DNA of 64,000 bases. It comes from Chrysomallon squamiferum (Eukaryota > Animalia > Mollusca). The notes under the pieces were generated by a model that saw only the letters and a list, made by a program, of their open reading frames with translations, was not told the origin of the DNA and did no database searches. The stretch is taken from NCBI GenBank assembly GCA_012295275.1, contig CM022670.1, positions 8,928,001 to 8,992,000 of the forward strand, given 5' to 3'. A program made the translations under genes and the position numbers. Positions 1-12,484 of this stretch are shown in pieces (position 1 is the first letter of the stretch; each line of letters starts with the position of its first letter).

Positions 1-150
1 GTTAAAGCATGCCTTCCATGACCTATCTATGTGCGTGGTAGAAAAATTATAATATCATATTATTTTATTATTATTATTATTATTTTGAATGATTTTAAAC
101 AGAATCTAATTTGGTATTGTTATTATTATGATAATATAATATTAATAGTA

Positions 151-184
<34 letters not shown>

Positions 185-260
185 GTATATTCAAATTGAT
201 AGCTAATCAAAAATAACTGTTGCTTTTATATAATAAGTAATCACAGTACTGGTGATCACA

Positions 261-403
261 GTAAACTACATTATCACCTAATAAATCTGTTTACATTGTG
301 TGTTTGTGTCAGTAAGTTTAAAATAACTGTAAACTACATTACCACCTAATAAAACTGTTTACATTGTGTGTTTGTGTTTGTGTCAGTAAGTTTAAAATGA
401 CTG
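261..403. repeat. Tandem duplication, about 68-75 bp x2, downstream of the Otop-A stop
   Basis: gtaaactacattaYcacctaataaa.ctgtttacattgtgtgtttgtgtcagtaagtttaaaat.act occurs twice. Confidence 0.9.
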
Positions 404-490
404 ATCGATGATTACTGTACACCAAATTATTGCCGACTGAAACTGTTTACAAATATATATAGTCCGTGTACATCATTTCTGAGGGACTCT

Positions 491-1269
491 TCAATGTCTT
501 TTTCGTTTCCATGCGTGCTTCCAGATATTCGAAAGACAGACCGTCGAATGGAAACGATAGAAAATTGCCAGCGGGCTGGAAAGATGAGCGAAAATATTCC
601 ACGCCAGGATTCCGTAGAAGTCAATTTGAACCGGGTTGGCTTCTGACTGCTGAACTTCGAATGAGTTGACCATCCACATGCTGATGTTAACGATGAGAAG
701 AAACGTCACAAACTCTCGCCCTGGCTTGGATCTCTCCTGCTCTCTCAAGTGCGCGCACCGCCGCAGCGAGTTGAGCATGAAGACGGTCTGAATGGTCGCC
801 TGAAACATCCGCAGGACGCTGGACACGATGATGAGAATGCTCTGAATCTTCCCTGGGACGAAGGATCCGGCGATGATGCTGAGCAAGGAGAAGATGTAAA
901 TGCCGACAAGAGCCAGGACGATCAGGTTCTGTTCCAGATCCATCGATTTCCCCGGAATGAACTCCAGCGAACGCATCTTGTAAAAAGCGATGATGACCGC
1001 TATCGACGTTACGACGAACAAGGCGATTTCGAAGAGGTATTCTAACAACATGGCTTTTTCGCCGGCTTTCTCTGATCGGACGAGGATGAAGAAGGTGATG
1101 ACGTTGATGACGGCGACTATAAGTACGAAAATACCCAAGAAAAGTCCTCGACTTGAGCCCGTGCAGTCAAGGTTCATGCGCTGTGCTTTCGCCTTCGCTG
1201 ATAGCACTTCTTCGCGGTCGAATGTGACTCCCTTTGAGCCAATATTTTTCCACATGATGTACACTATAC
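491..1269 (-). CDS. OTOP: Otop-A exon 8 (C-terminal domain, TM7-TM12)
   Basis: Acceptor tttgtag at 1271/1270; reads [11 protein letters not shown]...[23 protein letters not shown]; TGA at 493-491. Confidence 0.95.
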
Positions 1270-4200
1270 CTACAAATAGATAAGCTTCACATTTTACTGG
1301 GATCATCAATATAAAACATTACATGTGTATTTGTGTAGGTGTTTATATATATATATATACGAATGCATATATGGTTTTTCTTTTGCCATTTCTTTCATTT
1401 CTTTTTCCTTCGTTGATTATACTGTGTCTTTTTCTTTATGACTCTTTTCTTCCGAGTATCTGCATTCATCTCTGTATTCTCTTCAATCAGTCTGTCATTA
1501 AAATCGTACGACACAGAAAAAAAACGCTTCAAAGTCTTCGCACAAATCTCTGAAAGGCACAAGTTTCGTCGAAGCAATTATTGTCCAGTCACAAAAAAGA
1601 AACCATTGACAAATTAACACGATCGGAATATCTCCGAACATCTAAAAATGTTTGCAATTACAGAACTCGACAATGGAAGGATACTGATGAAAGCCGAAAG
1701 CATCCGTTTTATTATCGCATGTTATACAGTAAGTAAATTAAACGCGGGATGATGGTACTTGTGAAAATTAAATATTATCGAACTCCGACCGGTTTACAAT
1801 ACGTTTGACGTAGATTTTTTTTCATCATTTTAAATGTACTCTGCGTTTTCTCGTACAAATGCGTTTACTCTGTGGAAATAGTCAGTCTTTGTTTTGTTTT
1901 GTGTAGGACTTTCCATACTTTTCAAACTGTTTGCTACTGAGATAGACCATGAAAGATTATTTCGCTTATTCATTCTTATTTTTTAGGTGTTCTGCGAAAA
2001 CAAAACTGGTGGCTGAACCGTGTAACCTTGGCTATATTCAGTCAAATGATACGGAGTTTGTATCTTAACGTTACAGCAAGGAAAGAAGTTAGTGAATGTT
2101 GAAGAATCGCTATTAAGAGTTTTTATTTAAGTTGTTTGTACGTAATCAATAAAGGAAGCAGGTTGTGTAAATTTATTTCTCCCTGTCCATGGAAATAAAA
2201 TAAATCCTTTAAGGCTGAAACTTTGTTTAGATTTAGAATAATTTAGAACAAGCTATGTTTTTTCATAATCGCAAAGAAAATAGATAATGTGGGACGATCT
2301 TTAATTTTTATTTACTTTATGCAGATGAGCCAATAAATATAGATTTTTTAACAACTGATGTAAGAAATAAAATAAAACATACTGTTGCGATAAAAGGAGC
2401 AAACCGACAAATATAGATTTTCGGCAGTTAACACAACTAAACAAAAACATTTAAAAAAAGAGAAAGAGAGAGAGAGGTATGTAACATATATTTGATTTAA
2501 AAGGACAAACCGATAAATATGGATTTTTTTCAACAAAAGGTCACGTTTAACATTCATTTGGCGGTTTCCATTGATCATATAAATAGATCATTTTCTGATT
2601 ATATCACGTACAGCCTGTTTCGCAAAATGTTCTAGTGACTAAGAATGAACTTAGTGACTAAGCGTATGAAAAAAAAAAAACTTCTTTAACGAGCGTCTGA
2701 ACTGTTACATTTTAGCTTCCACCTGACCAGGTGCTTGTTTGCTTTATTATATTTACGAATACGCATGCGTAATCACGTCTTTAATTCAGGACTAACGAAT
2801 AAAACGTGGGGATATTAGAAAGATGATAATTATCAAAGAATAGGAATCTTACTCTTTCTTCGTTCAAGTAATTTTAACATTTACCGCTCATCGACAAGAT
2901 TAATAAAATATTTCTTATTGGATTTTCTCTTTCAGACATATTCAAAGATGTCGTCTATGAAAATGTTGCTTAATCAGTTTAGCATACCAACATCTCGTGA
3001 ATCATCAAAACAATAATTTCAAACATTAAATCGTAACGAAATTGCAAATAAAAATAAAAATAAAATAAAATAAATGAATAGGTGAATGAAAAGTTAAATA
3101 AGATAAAATTAAATTGAAATAAAAAATGAAACAAACAAACAAATGACTGTAGAAGCTGGAAGCGTTAAGCAATGATCGCCCTCGGTTACTTTAGGTGCCT
3201 TTCTTACAAACAGGTCACAGCTAATGGTTTACCTGCGCAGATCAAACTGTATTCAATGCTGCATGGATACAGATATGGACTCGATTCGTCAACAACAGAG
3301 CTCATCAGGCTGTCTTTTCTGCACGAGTGATAGGTGTGTATGGCTGGCAACGACAAACAAAAAACTTATTAACGCTGTTTACGTGACATTTATAAAACAT
3401 TAATGACCAATTCACATGAAGCGAGATAGGAGAACTATCTCAGTGAAACATGTTTAAATAGTCTCACAATAGAAAAAAGAAAATAGTGAAGGAAAATGAA
3501 GCATGTGACAAAAGTGAATTAAATTAATCGTTTGTAATAAAGTGCATGACAAGAATCAGTTTTGTTTATTTTATTTTATTTTATTTTTTTGATCGTATTT
3601 AGAAATATGAGAAAAAAAAAAAAAAAAACATGAGGAAAGCTGGCAGATTATTGCAACTTTGAAATGACTTGATCTCTAACAATAGATGTAAAAAGCAAAA
3701 TATTCTTATACTTGGTGCAAAAATCAGTTTATCGTTTCTTCGAATTTTTTTTTCTATCTACGAATTAACGTCAGTAAATTATTTAAAAAAATATGTGTAC
3801 TTTTCGTCTCTTTGGCAGGAGGCACGCTGTGTTTGATCTCGCTATGGTTTGTCAGGTGTAACACCGCTTCGTGTTCTTCTGCGTTTTCATGAATCTCTTC
3901 GAGGGTTTCGTCCACGATATTTCCCAGCCACACACAAAGGTTGGTGGCGATCATGTGCATGAAGCCAAACCTGGAAACGATCTTGTAGCGTTGGACACAA
4001 ACCTGTAAAAAAATATAGAGTTTAAACTGCTATATTTTCTATCATATTTCCTTTATTATCTTCACATTTTATTTTTGCATTCTGCATTTTTCGATTGAGT
4101 AATAATCATAATAATTGATGTAATCTAATATTGGACTGGGTTTTTTCTTTCTCTGCTTTATCTTCATTCATACATTCATTTATACATTCATTCATTCATT

Positions 4201-4688
4201 CATTCATTTATTCTTGTCTTCGTTCATCCGTTTTTCGTTTTTCCTGCTGTGCCATTTGTTTGTTTTTTATGCCTCCATTCACCCCATTTATCCATCCATC
4301 CATCAAATGATTTATTGAAATGTTCATTTACGCCTCAATGCATTCGTTTATCAGTGCACTCTATGAATCTTTCAATAAAGGAGAAACCCATTTACGTCAC
4401 ATCCAATTCATAAGGAAATTATTAAGACAGAAAAAAGAAGAAGCTTACTTTGGAATGAAGAAAGACAAAATAGAGTTGGCCAAATGTGAAAATGAAGTGA
4501 ACCACTGGACGTATGCCGTAGATAACCTCCTGACAAAAGTGATTGAGGTTAGATTCAAAATAACTGCCAAACGCCAGTCCATTCATGATCATACTGCCTG
4601 TACCAAAAGCTGGAAATAAGATAAAAATAAAAATTAAAATAAAATTAAATTAAAATAAAAATAAAATAAAAAAAAAAAAAAAAAAAAA

Positions 4689-4726
<38 letters not shown>

Positions 4727-4997
4727 AAAATAAAAATAAAAATGAAATGAAATGAAATAAAATGAAAAAAAAAAATAAATAAATAAAAAAAAAAATAAAT
4801 AAAAAAAAAAATAAAATTAAATTAAATTAAATTAAATTAAATTAAATTAAATAAAATTAAATTTAAAAAAATTAAAAAATTAAAAAATAAATTAAAAAAA
4901 TAAAATAAAATAAAATAAAAATAAAAATAAAAATAAATAAAATGAAATGAAATAAAATAAAATAAAATGAAATGAAATAAAATAAAATAAAATAAAA

Positions 4998-5045
<48 letters not shown>

Positions 5046-5685
5046 AAATAAAATAAAAATAAAATAAAAAAATAAAATAAAATATAATAAAATAAAAATA
5101 AAATAAAATAAAATAAAACAAAAATAAATATAAAATTAAATAAATAAAAAATATAAATAAAATAAAATAAAATAAAAATAAAAATATACAAAATATTTTT
5201 TAAGTTGTTCAGTGGCGGTTAAAGAATTCAATACAAAGTAAAAGCTGTTACTGTGAATATAACCTTGAAAATGGAATGAATATTATAAAAAAAAAACTTA
5301 AAAAAAAAAAAATATATACAAAAATATTGTTCGAGAAAAAAAAAAAAAAAAAAAAAAACCGAGAAGTTTTTAAATTTACACTACCCTTGCATCTCCGTCT
5401 GGATTACAAATATGTTTTATAGTCAGTTACTGAAAAATGGTTGCTAGTAAAAGATACCTCACTACTAAACAATATTTATTATTATTATTATTTTATTATT
5501 ATTGTTGCTTTTGTTGTTATTGCCACTGTCATTGTTGTTGTTGTTTGCATGCATATTCTCATTGGAAGGAAAACGTTTATCGTGATTTTTAAAAATACAA
5601 AAGTCGTGAACAGCCGATTGCTCTTACAGGATTTGTAATTTGTACACACATTTCTAACAGGGAATCATTTACATGCACTATTTTT

Positions 5686-5717
<32 letters not shown>

Positions 5718-6785
5718 TTCTTTTTCGTTTACTGACTGATTGGTTTGCAATAAATCAAGATACACCCTTCACGGAACACCGATTAACACAAAACGTAACA
5801 AGAACATGTTCGATAAGGAGAATCGATCTCAGTTGTCACGTACGTCTTTTTCCGTGCAAGAACTTACCCAGAGCTCCAAGTCGGAGGTAAAAACTTCCGG
5901 TGTGCGAGTGCGGCGAATCGTCGAACGAGAAGCTCCGATTGAGCTGCTTTCGGGAAAGTCCGGCGTTCAGCTGTTCGTCGTCGCACGATCCCCGACAAGC
6001 TCGTGACTTGAGTATCCAGAAATACATGAAGAGCATGAAAAACACACTGCCCAGGAAGAGGTAAATGTAGAACCCCTGAAATAAACCAAAGCTGAAATAA
6101 ACATAGACATACATACATACATACATACATTACATACATACATACATAAAGATATATAAAATATATATATATATATAGACACATACATACAAATATATAT
6201 ATTACATATTCATATACATATATATATACGTACATACATATACATATATATATATATACATACATATATATATATACATACATATACATACATACATATA
6301 TATATATATATACATACATACATATATACATACATACACACATATATACATATATAGATATACATACATGCATACATACATACATACATAAATATACATA
6401 CATACATACATACATATATACATACATGCATACATATATACATAAATATACATACATACATACATACATATATATATGTGTGTGTATATGTTTAATTTTG
6501 TACTTTAAAACAATACAAAATGGCCAGAACAACAAGTGCTTGTGAAGACAATTCACTTGGACGATTTCGGGAACAATCCAATACTGGCTACCTATAATCC
6601 GATAGTCAATCAATTAACTGATGAATCTATTCTACCAAAAAAGTAACACACAACCTATATATCATTCTACTGTTATTCAGTGCAAATAAAATGGAAACAA
6701 AAGTGTAACTATGAAAAGACTTATTATTATCATTTCAGTTTACAACGACAAATAGAACTACGAACTTTTATTATTATCATCATTT

Positions 6786-6846
<61 letters not shown>

Positions 6847-6981
6847 CTTCATTATCATCATCATCATCATCGTCATCACATAATGACAATAATGATCATA
6901 TCATTATTATTTATCATTTAATTTAATTTATTTAATTTGTATATCCACTTATTTTATTTTATTTTATTTATTTATTTTATT

Positions 6982-7012
<31 letters not shown>

Positions 7013-7209
7013 TTTTATCTATTTATTTATTTTGATCAGAAACTGTCCAAAATGTACACGACTGTCTTATTACAAAAATAAACTGTGCACCTGGAACAAG
7101 TAAGGTCGTCTTGATGTGGTGAAAGGGTCTGACACTGGAATCACTGCTCCTAGAATCACTACCAGCATTGCATACAGAGCGCTCAGATGTACGGACAAAC
7201 TGTCACTGG

Positions 7210-7241
<32 letters not shown>

Positions 7242-9188
7242 AAAAAAAAAATTATAGCAAAAAGATATGTATTTAATTATTTTAATCAGGTGTTAATGTC
7301 TAAAACCAAAGGTGTAAAATGAAGAACCCTCCAAAAACTCAACAGCTACAAAATAGTGGTAGTAGCAGGAGAGACAATAGTAGTAGTAGTAGTAGCAGTA
7401 GTAGTAGTAATAGTATTAAAAGGAGGAGGAGTAGAAATGTTGAAGAAAGAGTAGTAGTTGTTTTAGTATTTGTATTTGTGGTAGTTGTAATAATAACAGT
7501 AGTATAGAAATAGTAGTAGTAGTAGTAGAAGTAATAGCGGTAACTGTAGTAGTAGTAGTAGTAGTCGTTGCTGTTTTTGTAGTAATCGTAGCAAGAGATC
7601 TAGTAATAATTTTTTATATCTAATTATTCGTATTATAATTATTAAATAATATTTTCAAATTATTATTAAATAATAATAACAGTGAAACTAGCTGCAGCAG
7701 CAGTTGCAGTATTAACAGCAACAGCAGCAACAACAATAAATAGATGGAAATGATGCTAAATAAATAATTTTAGGGATTCACAGTTGTATTATTAACACCA
7801 ACAACAACAGCAACATGATGATGATGATGATGAAAATGGTGCTAAATAATTAATCTTGCATAATGAATTCATAACAACAACAACAACAACAGTAATCAAT
7901 GAATGACAATGATGATGATGATGATGATGATGATGAAAATGGTGCTAAATAATTAATCTTGCATACGGGATTCACAACAACAACAACAACAGTAATAAAT
8001 GAATGACATTGGTGATGATGATGATGATGATGATGATGATAAAAAATAAAAAATCTTACATTAGGTGTTCGCCGTTTTCGTCCTCCTGGAATTCACCGTG
8101 ATGTTTTTTCTTCAGTATGGGGGTCGGGGAGGGCGGGTCTGGCAGAGACACAGAATCCATGATTACAGAAGAAGACACACTTTCACGACTTACCCCTGAA
8201 AGAAACGAACGTTCACAGTGACATCTCAGTTCGGGATGAATCATTGTAATCAGCGTATCAAAATTTTGATTCCTTGCTATTTTATTCATTATTGGTTTAT
8301 TACGGTAACCTTTGTTACGTAATACATAAACACACACATATATGCATAGTTACATATCGCGAACCACTTATTGAGAGATAAGTAAAGAGACAAACCTACT
8401 GTGTATGGTTAGGTATTCAGTGGGTGGACCTACTCGTTAATTATGGATGACAGATGGACAGACTGTTTGATATGTACACACACACACACACACACATACA
8501 TGTATCCGCGTGTATGTTTGTGTATATACATCTGCTTACTTATGTGTCTGTGTATGTGTTTATATGTATATTTGAATGTATGTACATGTGAATGAAGAAT
8601 ATATGTACCAAACATTATGTGTGTCCGTCCCTTTATATGTATGTGTGTTTGTATGTACTTATACTTTATATGCACGAATGTATTATATACTTACGTACTG
8701 ACGTATATATTTACGTATGTACGTAAGTATTTCTATATCTATGTGTGTATATGTACGCGAGTGTATGTATGAGTGTGTTCATGTGTGTGTAACAGTGTCT
8801 GTCGGACGGATGGAAGGAATTTACTGGTTGGTAAACGGGTTCATATAGCATGCGTCAACGTGTGTGTGTCTCTACGTCAATGAGATAACCTACACTACAA
8901 TAACAAGTCATAAAAAACGTCTTTGAAAATATTCCTTTTATAGGTATCCTGTTTTCAGTTCAGTGGCAAGCATCGTATCTTCCTTGTCACTGACTCGTCT
9001 CAGAAACAGAAAACTGTTTACTAGTAAGCGGATTTCATGTTTTTCTGTCTCGAGTTTCATCTATACGATGCATTCGGAGATTTTTATATAAATTCAGAAG
9101 TAATGAGTATATTCAGTACATTTGTTATGTTTTTTTCGTTTTGTTCTTTCTCCCTCTGTCTCTCTCTCCCTCCTTCCCTCCCTCCCTC

Positions 9189-9259
<71 letters not shown>

Positions 9260-9422
9260 CCCTTTCTATTTTTCTCTCTTTCTCTTTGCCTCTCATTGTT
9301 TATGACTCTCCGTCTTTCTCCTTCACACTCTCTCTCTACTTCTCTGTCTCTCTTTCTCTCTGTATTTCTTACATCCCTCACTCTCTCTCTCTCTCTCTCC
9401 CTCCCTCCCCCTCGCTCTCCCC

Positions 9423-9453
<31 letters not shown>

Positions 9454-9547
9454 CAATTAACTCGCACAAAAACAAAAAGACATATAAACAAACATATATA
9501 CACATAGTTATTGTTTCCAATATACAAATGAGTGTGTGCGTGTTTGA

Positions 9548-9590
<43 letters not shown>

Positions 9591-10851
9591 GAATCGTTTA
9601 TTATTTTATAAAAAGAAGAGTATATAGGACATCAAGAAGAAACGTAAACCGGTATAACACATGTGCACCTGAGACTGCAAGGTAAACTGATTCTACCTGT
9701 ATTAAACGTTATTGTATTTCTCTCAGATAGTGAGCATCACAAAGTGATGGAAACCCGAGAAGGATAAAAAGGTCGTATGTTCCAGAAATGTAGGCTGAAT
9801 TTCGCAACCAGATACTTCGTTCGGTCTAACCATTTCAATATCCAGTTTCCAACGTGTTGAGCGTAAATACCAAAATTTGATCTGGGCAAATCTCGTATAA
9901 TGTCCTTTTATTATACATTTTATTTTTATCATCTTTTCATTTAAGTGTAACTTAGTGCGCATGTATCTTAATAATTTTTTAAATTTTTTAAATGATACCT
10001 TTCAGTTCGAAGTAATAAGAAAGAACATATACAACAGTGTATTGTCCATGTAAATGTGTTCTGTTGTGTATGCGTGTATGTATGTGTGTATGTGTATGTT
10101 TATATGTATGTATGCGTGTGTGTATGTTTGTATGTATATTTGTATGTATGTATGTATGTATGTATGTACGTATGTATGCGTGCATGTATATGTGTATCTA
10201 TGTGTTTGTATTTATGTATGTATGTGTGTATGTATGTGTATGGATATGTGTGTTTGTATGTATGTATGTACGTATGTATATGTATGTGTAGATATATATT
10301 TGTATGTATGTATGTGTGTATATGCATGTATGTATGTTTATATGTGTGTATGTTGTGTATTATGTATGTGTGTATGTATGTATGAGTGTATGTATGTATG
10401 TATGCATGCATGTATGTAAGTATTTTTAGGATTTGAGTATTCTCTGTCTTATATATGTCTGATTAGACTCTGCTTTTATTGTTTAGCAGTGAGGTATCTT
10501 TTATTAGCAACAACGCATTTTTATACGCGAGAAACAAGAAAACACATACGTCAACCTGTATTAAAAAACAGGCAAATAAAACTATAGATATTCTATTGTG
10601 GATCGATCCTGCAATATATTGTGCCTTATGAGTTCTGAGGTCAAAGATGATTCATTGCAAACAGGAACAAATATATATTTAAAGTGATTCTATACAATAT
10701 TCAAGGACGAATCGTTCAGTGTCCCTCTATTTATTCAGGAAGTTTATATAGTACATGAAGTAAGAAAACAACAAAAAAAAGACGAAAAACCAAAAGAAAA
10801 CAAACAATAAAAGTCCATCAAAAGACCAAAATAAGTATCTTAACGTTATTT

Positions 10852-10934
<83 letters not shown>

Positions 10935-11450
10935 AATAAAAAGAAAGAACTGAAGCAAAAACAATAGTTGAAAAATACCATCATAAGATACGACAAACGC
11001 TAACAGTATTATTATGTCATTCAATAGGATTGGTTGTATTCGCTATTACAGATTTGAAAACTGTTTCAACGGTCCAAGGACACGTACAGGTAACTGAAAC
11101 CGAACGAATGGAAAAACGCATTTAGAAGTTGTTCATCTGTGATTAAACGGTCTAAATTTAGTTAGAACGACTAAAACGCTGCCCACAGCTTGATAGTTAC
11201 GAACGGTATCCGTATGCGACGTTTATCGATAGCTTTAACTGACACACGTATCGAGTTCAGTGTTACGTCTACTGCTGTTTCTAGATTAATTACATATCGT
11301 CACAATGACAGAGCAAGGACGATAACGAAATAATAATAATAATAATAATAATAATGATGATGATGATGATGATGATGATGATAATGATGTTAATGATCAC
11401 AACACCATCAGTACTACTACTACTGCTACTACTAATTTTTTTTATTATTA

Positions 11451-11516
<66 letters not shown>

Positions 11517-12449
11517 TAGTACTGAAGACGATGCTTACATATCTATGAGAAGGTATTAGTATTATATAAAAAAGATTCCTTGCTGTTAAAGAGTAGTGCG
11601 TGGTCGGGTTTCTTCTCTTATTAATAAACGTAATTAATAAACGTAACGTATGTACGGGAGGCAGAAAATCAGGTCTTCTGTAATCATTAGACAATCAATC
11701 ATGTAACACAGACTCTATTCAATCGTGCATGCAAATATACTGAGCTCGATAAAACGCCCAGTTCGTTTTATTTCTAGAAATGATTTTTAGAAAACTCGGT
11801 TGTAGACGCATGGGTTACATATACATGCCACTAGAGCTACTGTACTCTGCATCTAATGTGCAACAAAATTTTGCGATCTTTTACCAGTGCAGGCGTACTT
11901 GAATCTTCTACTTTAGATAGAACTTTTAACAACGCCAGTCTGACTCATTGAGTGAATGTTTTTGACAGTGAATGTTGTACATGCTTAGCTGAACACAATA
12001 AAACACAGAACTGTATATATATAAGATTTCATATTCAGAAAGATCAGCAGCTATCAGTTTACTATATTAAATTATTAATATTCAACATGAAAATCCATTA
12101 ACAACTGAATGAAAACAATTAAAAAATAATAAACGAACGCAATCCCTTTGCAGATAAAAGCAATTAAAAAATAATAAACGAACGCAATCCATTTGCAGAT
12201 AAAAGCAATTAAATAAAAATTTCACATTCATACAAGATGAGAAGGTATCGGTTTGCCGCATTAAATGATTTATATTCAATTAAGAACGTCCGTTAATAAA
12301 ACATCCATGTTGAAGTATGAACCTAATTAGCAGTTTTGTCTGCACTCTTTGCTATTCATTGGCTGACATTAACGCAGCAATTTGTCCAGAATATTAAACA
12401 AATCTCTAATGAGGCGATCCGATGAATCATCAAGTTTTTTTTTATATAG

Positions 12450-12484
<35 letters not shown>

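Noticed and set aside
749-1283. Plus-strand ORFs 749-1045 and 990-1283, and similar ORFs 18077-18685, 18549-18752, 52354-52545, 62755-63057 and 63302-63505
   Set aside because: Antisense shadows of the GC-richer otopetrin last exons. They resemble each other only because the sense genes are paralogous.
4837-6613. Long F/Y/I-rich, MYVC-repeat, SLSL, RERE and poly-I/N/L ORFs throughout the track
   Set aside because: Translations of microsatellites and A/T low-complexity tracts with no coding signal.
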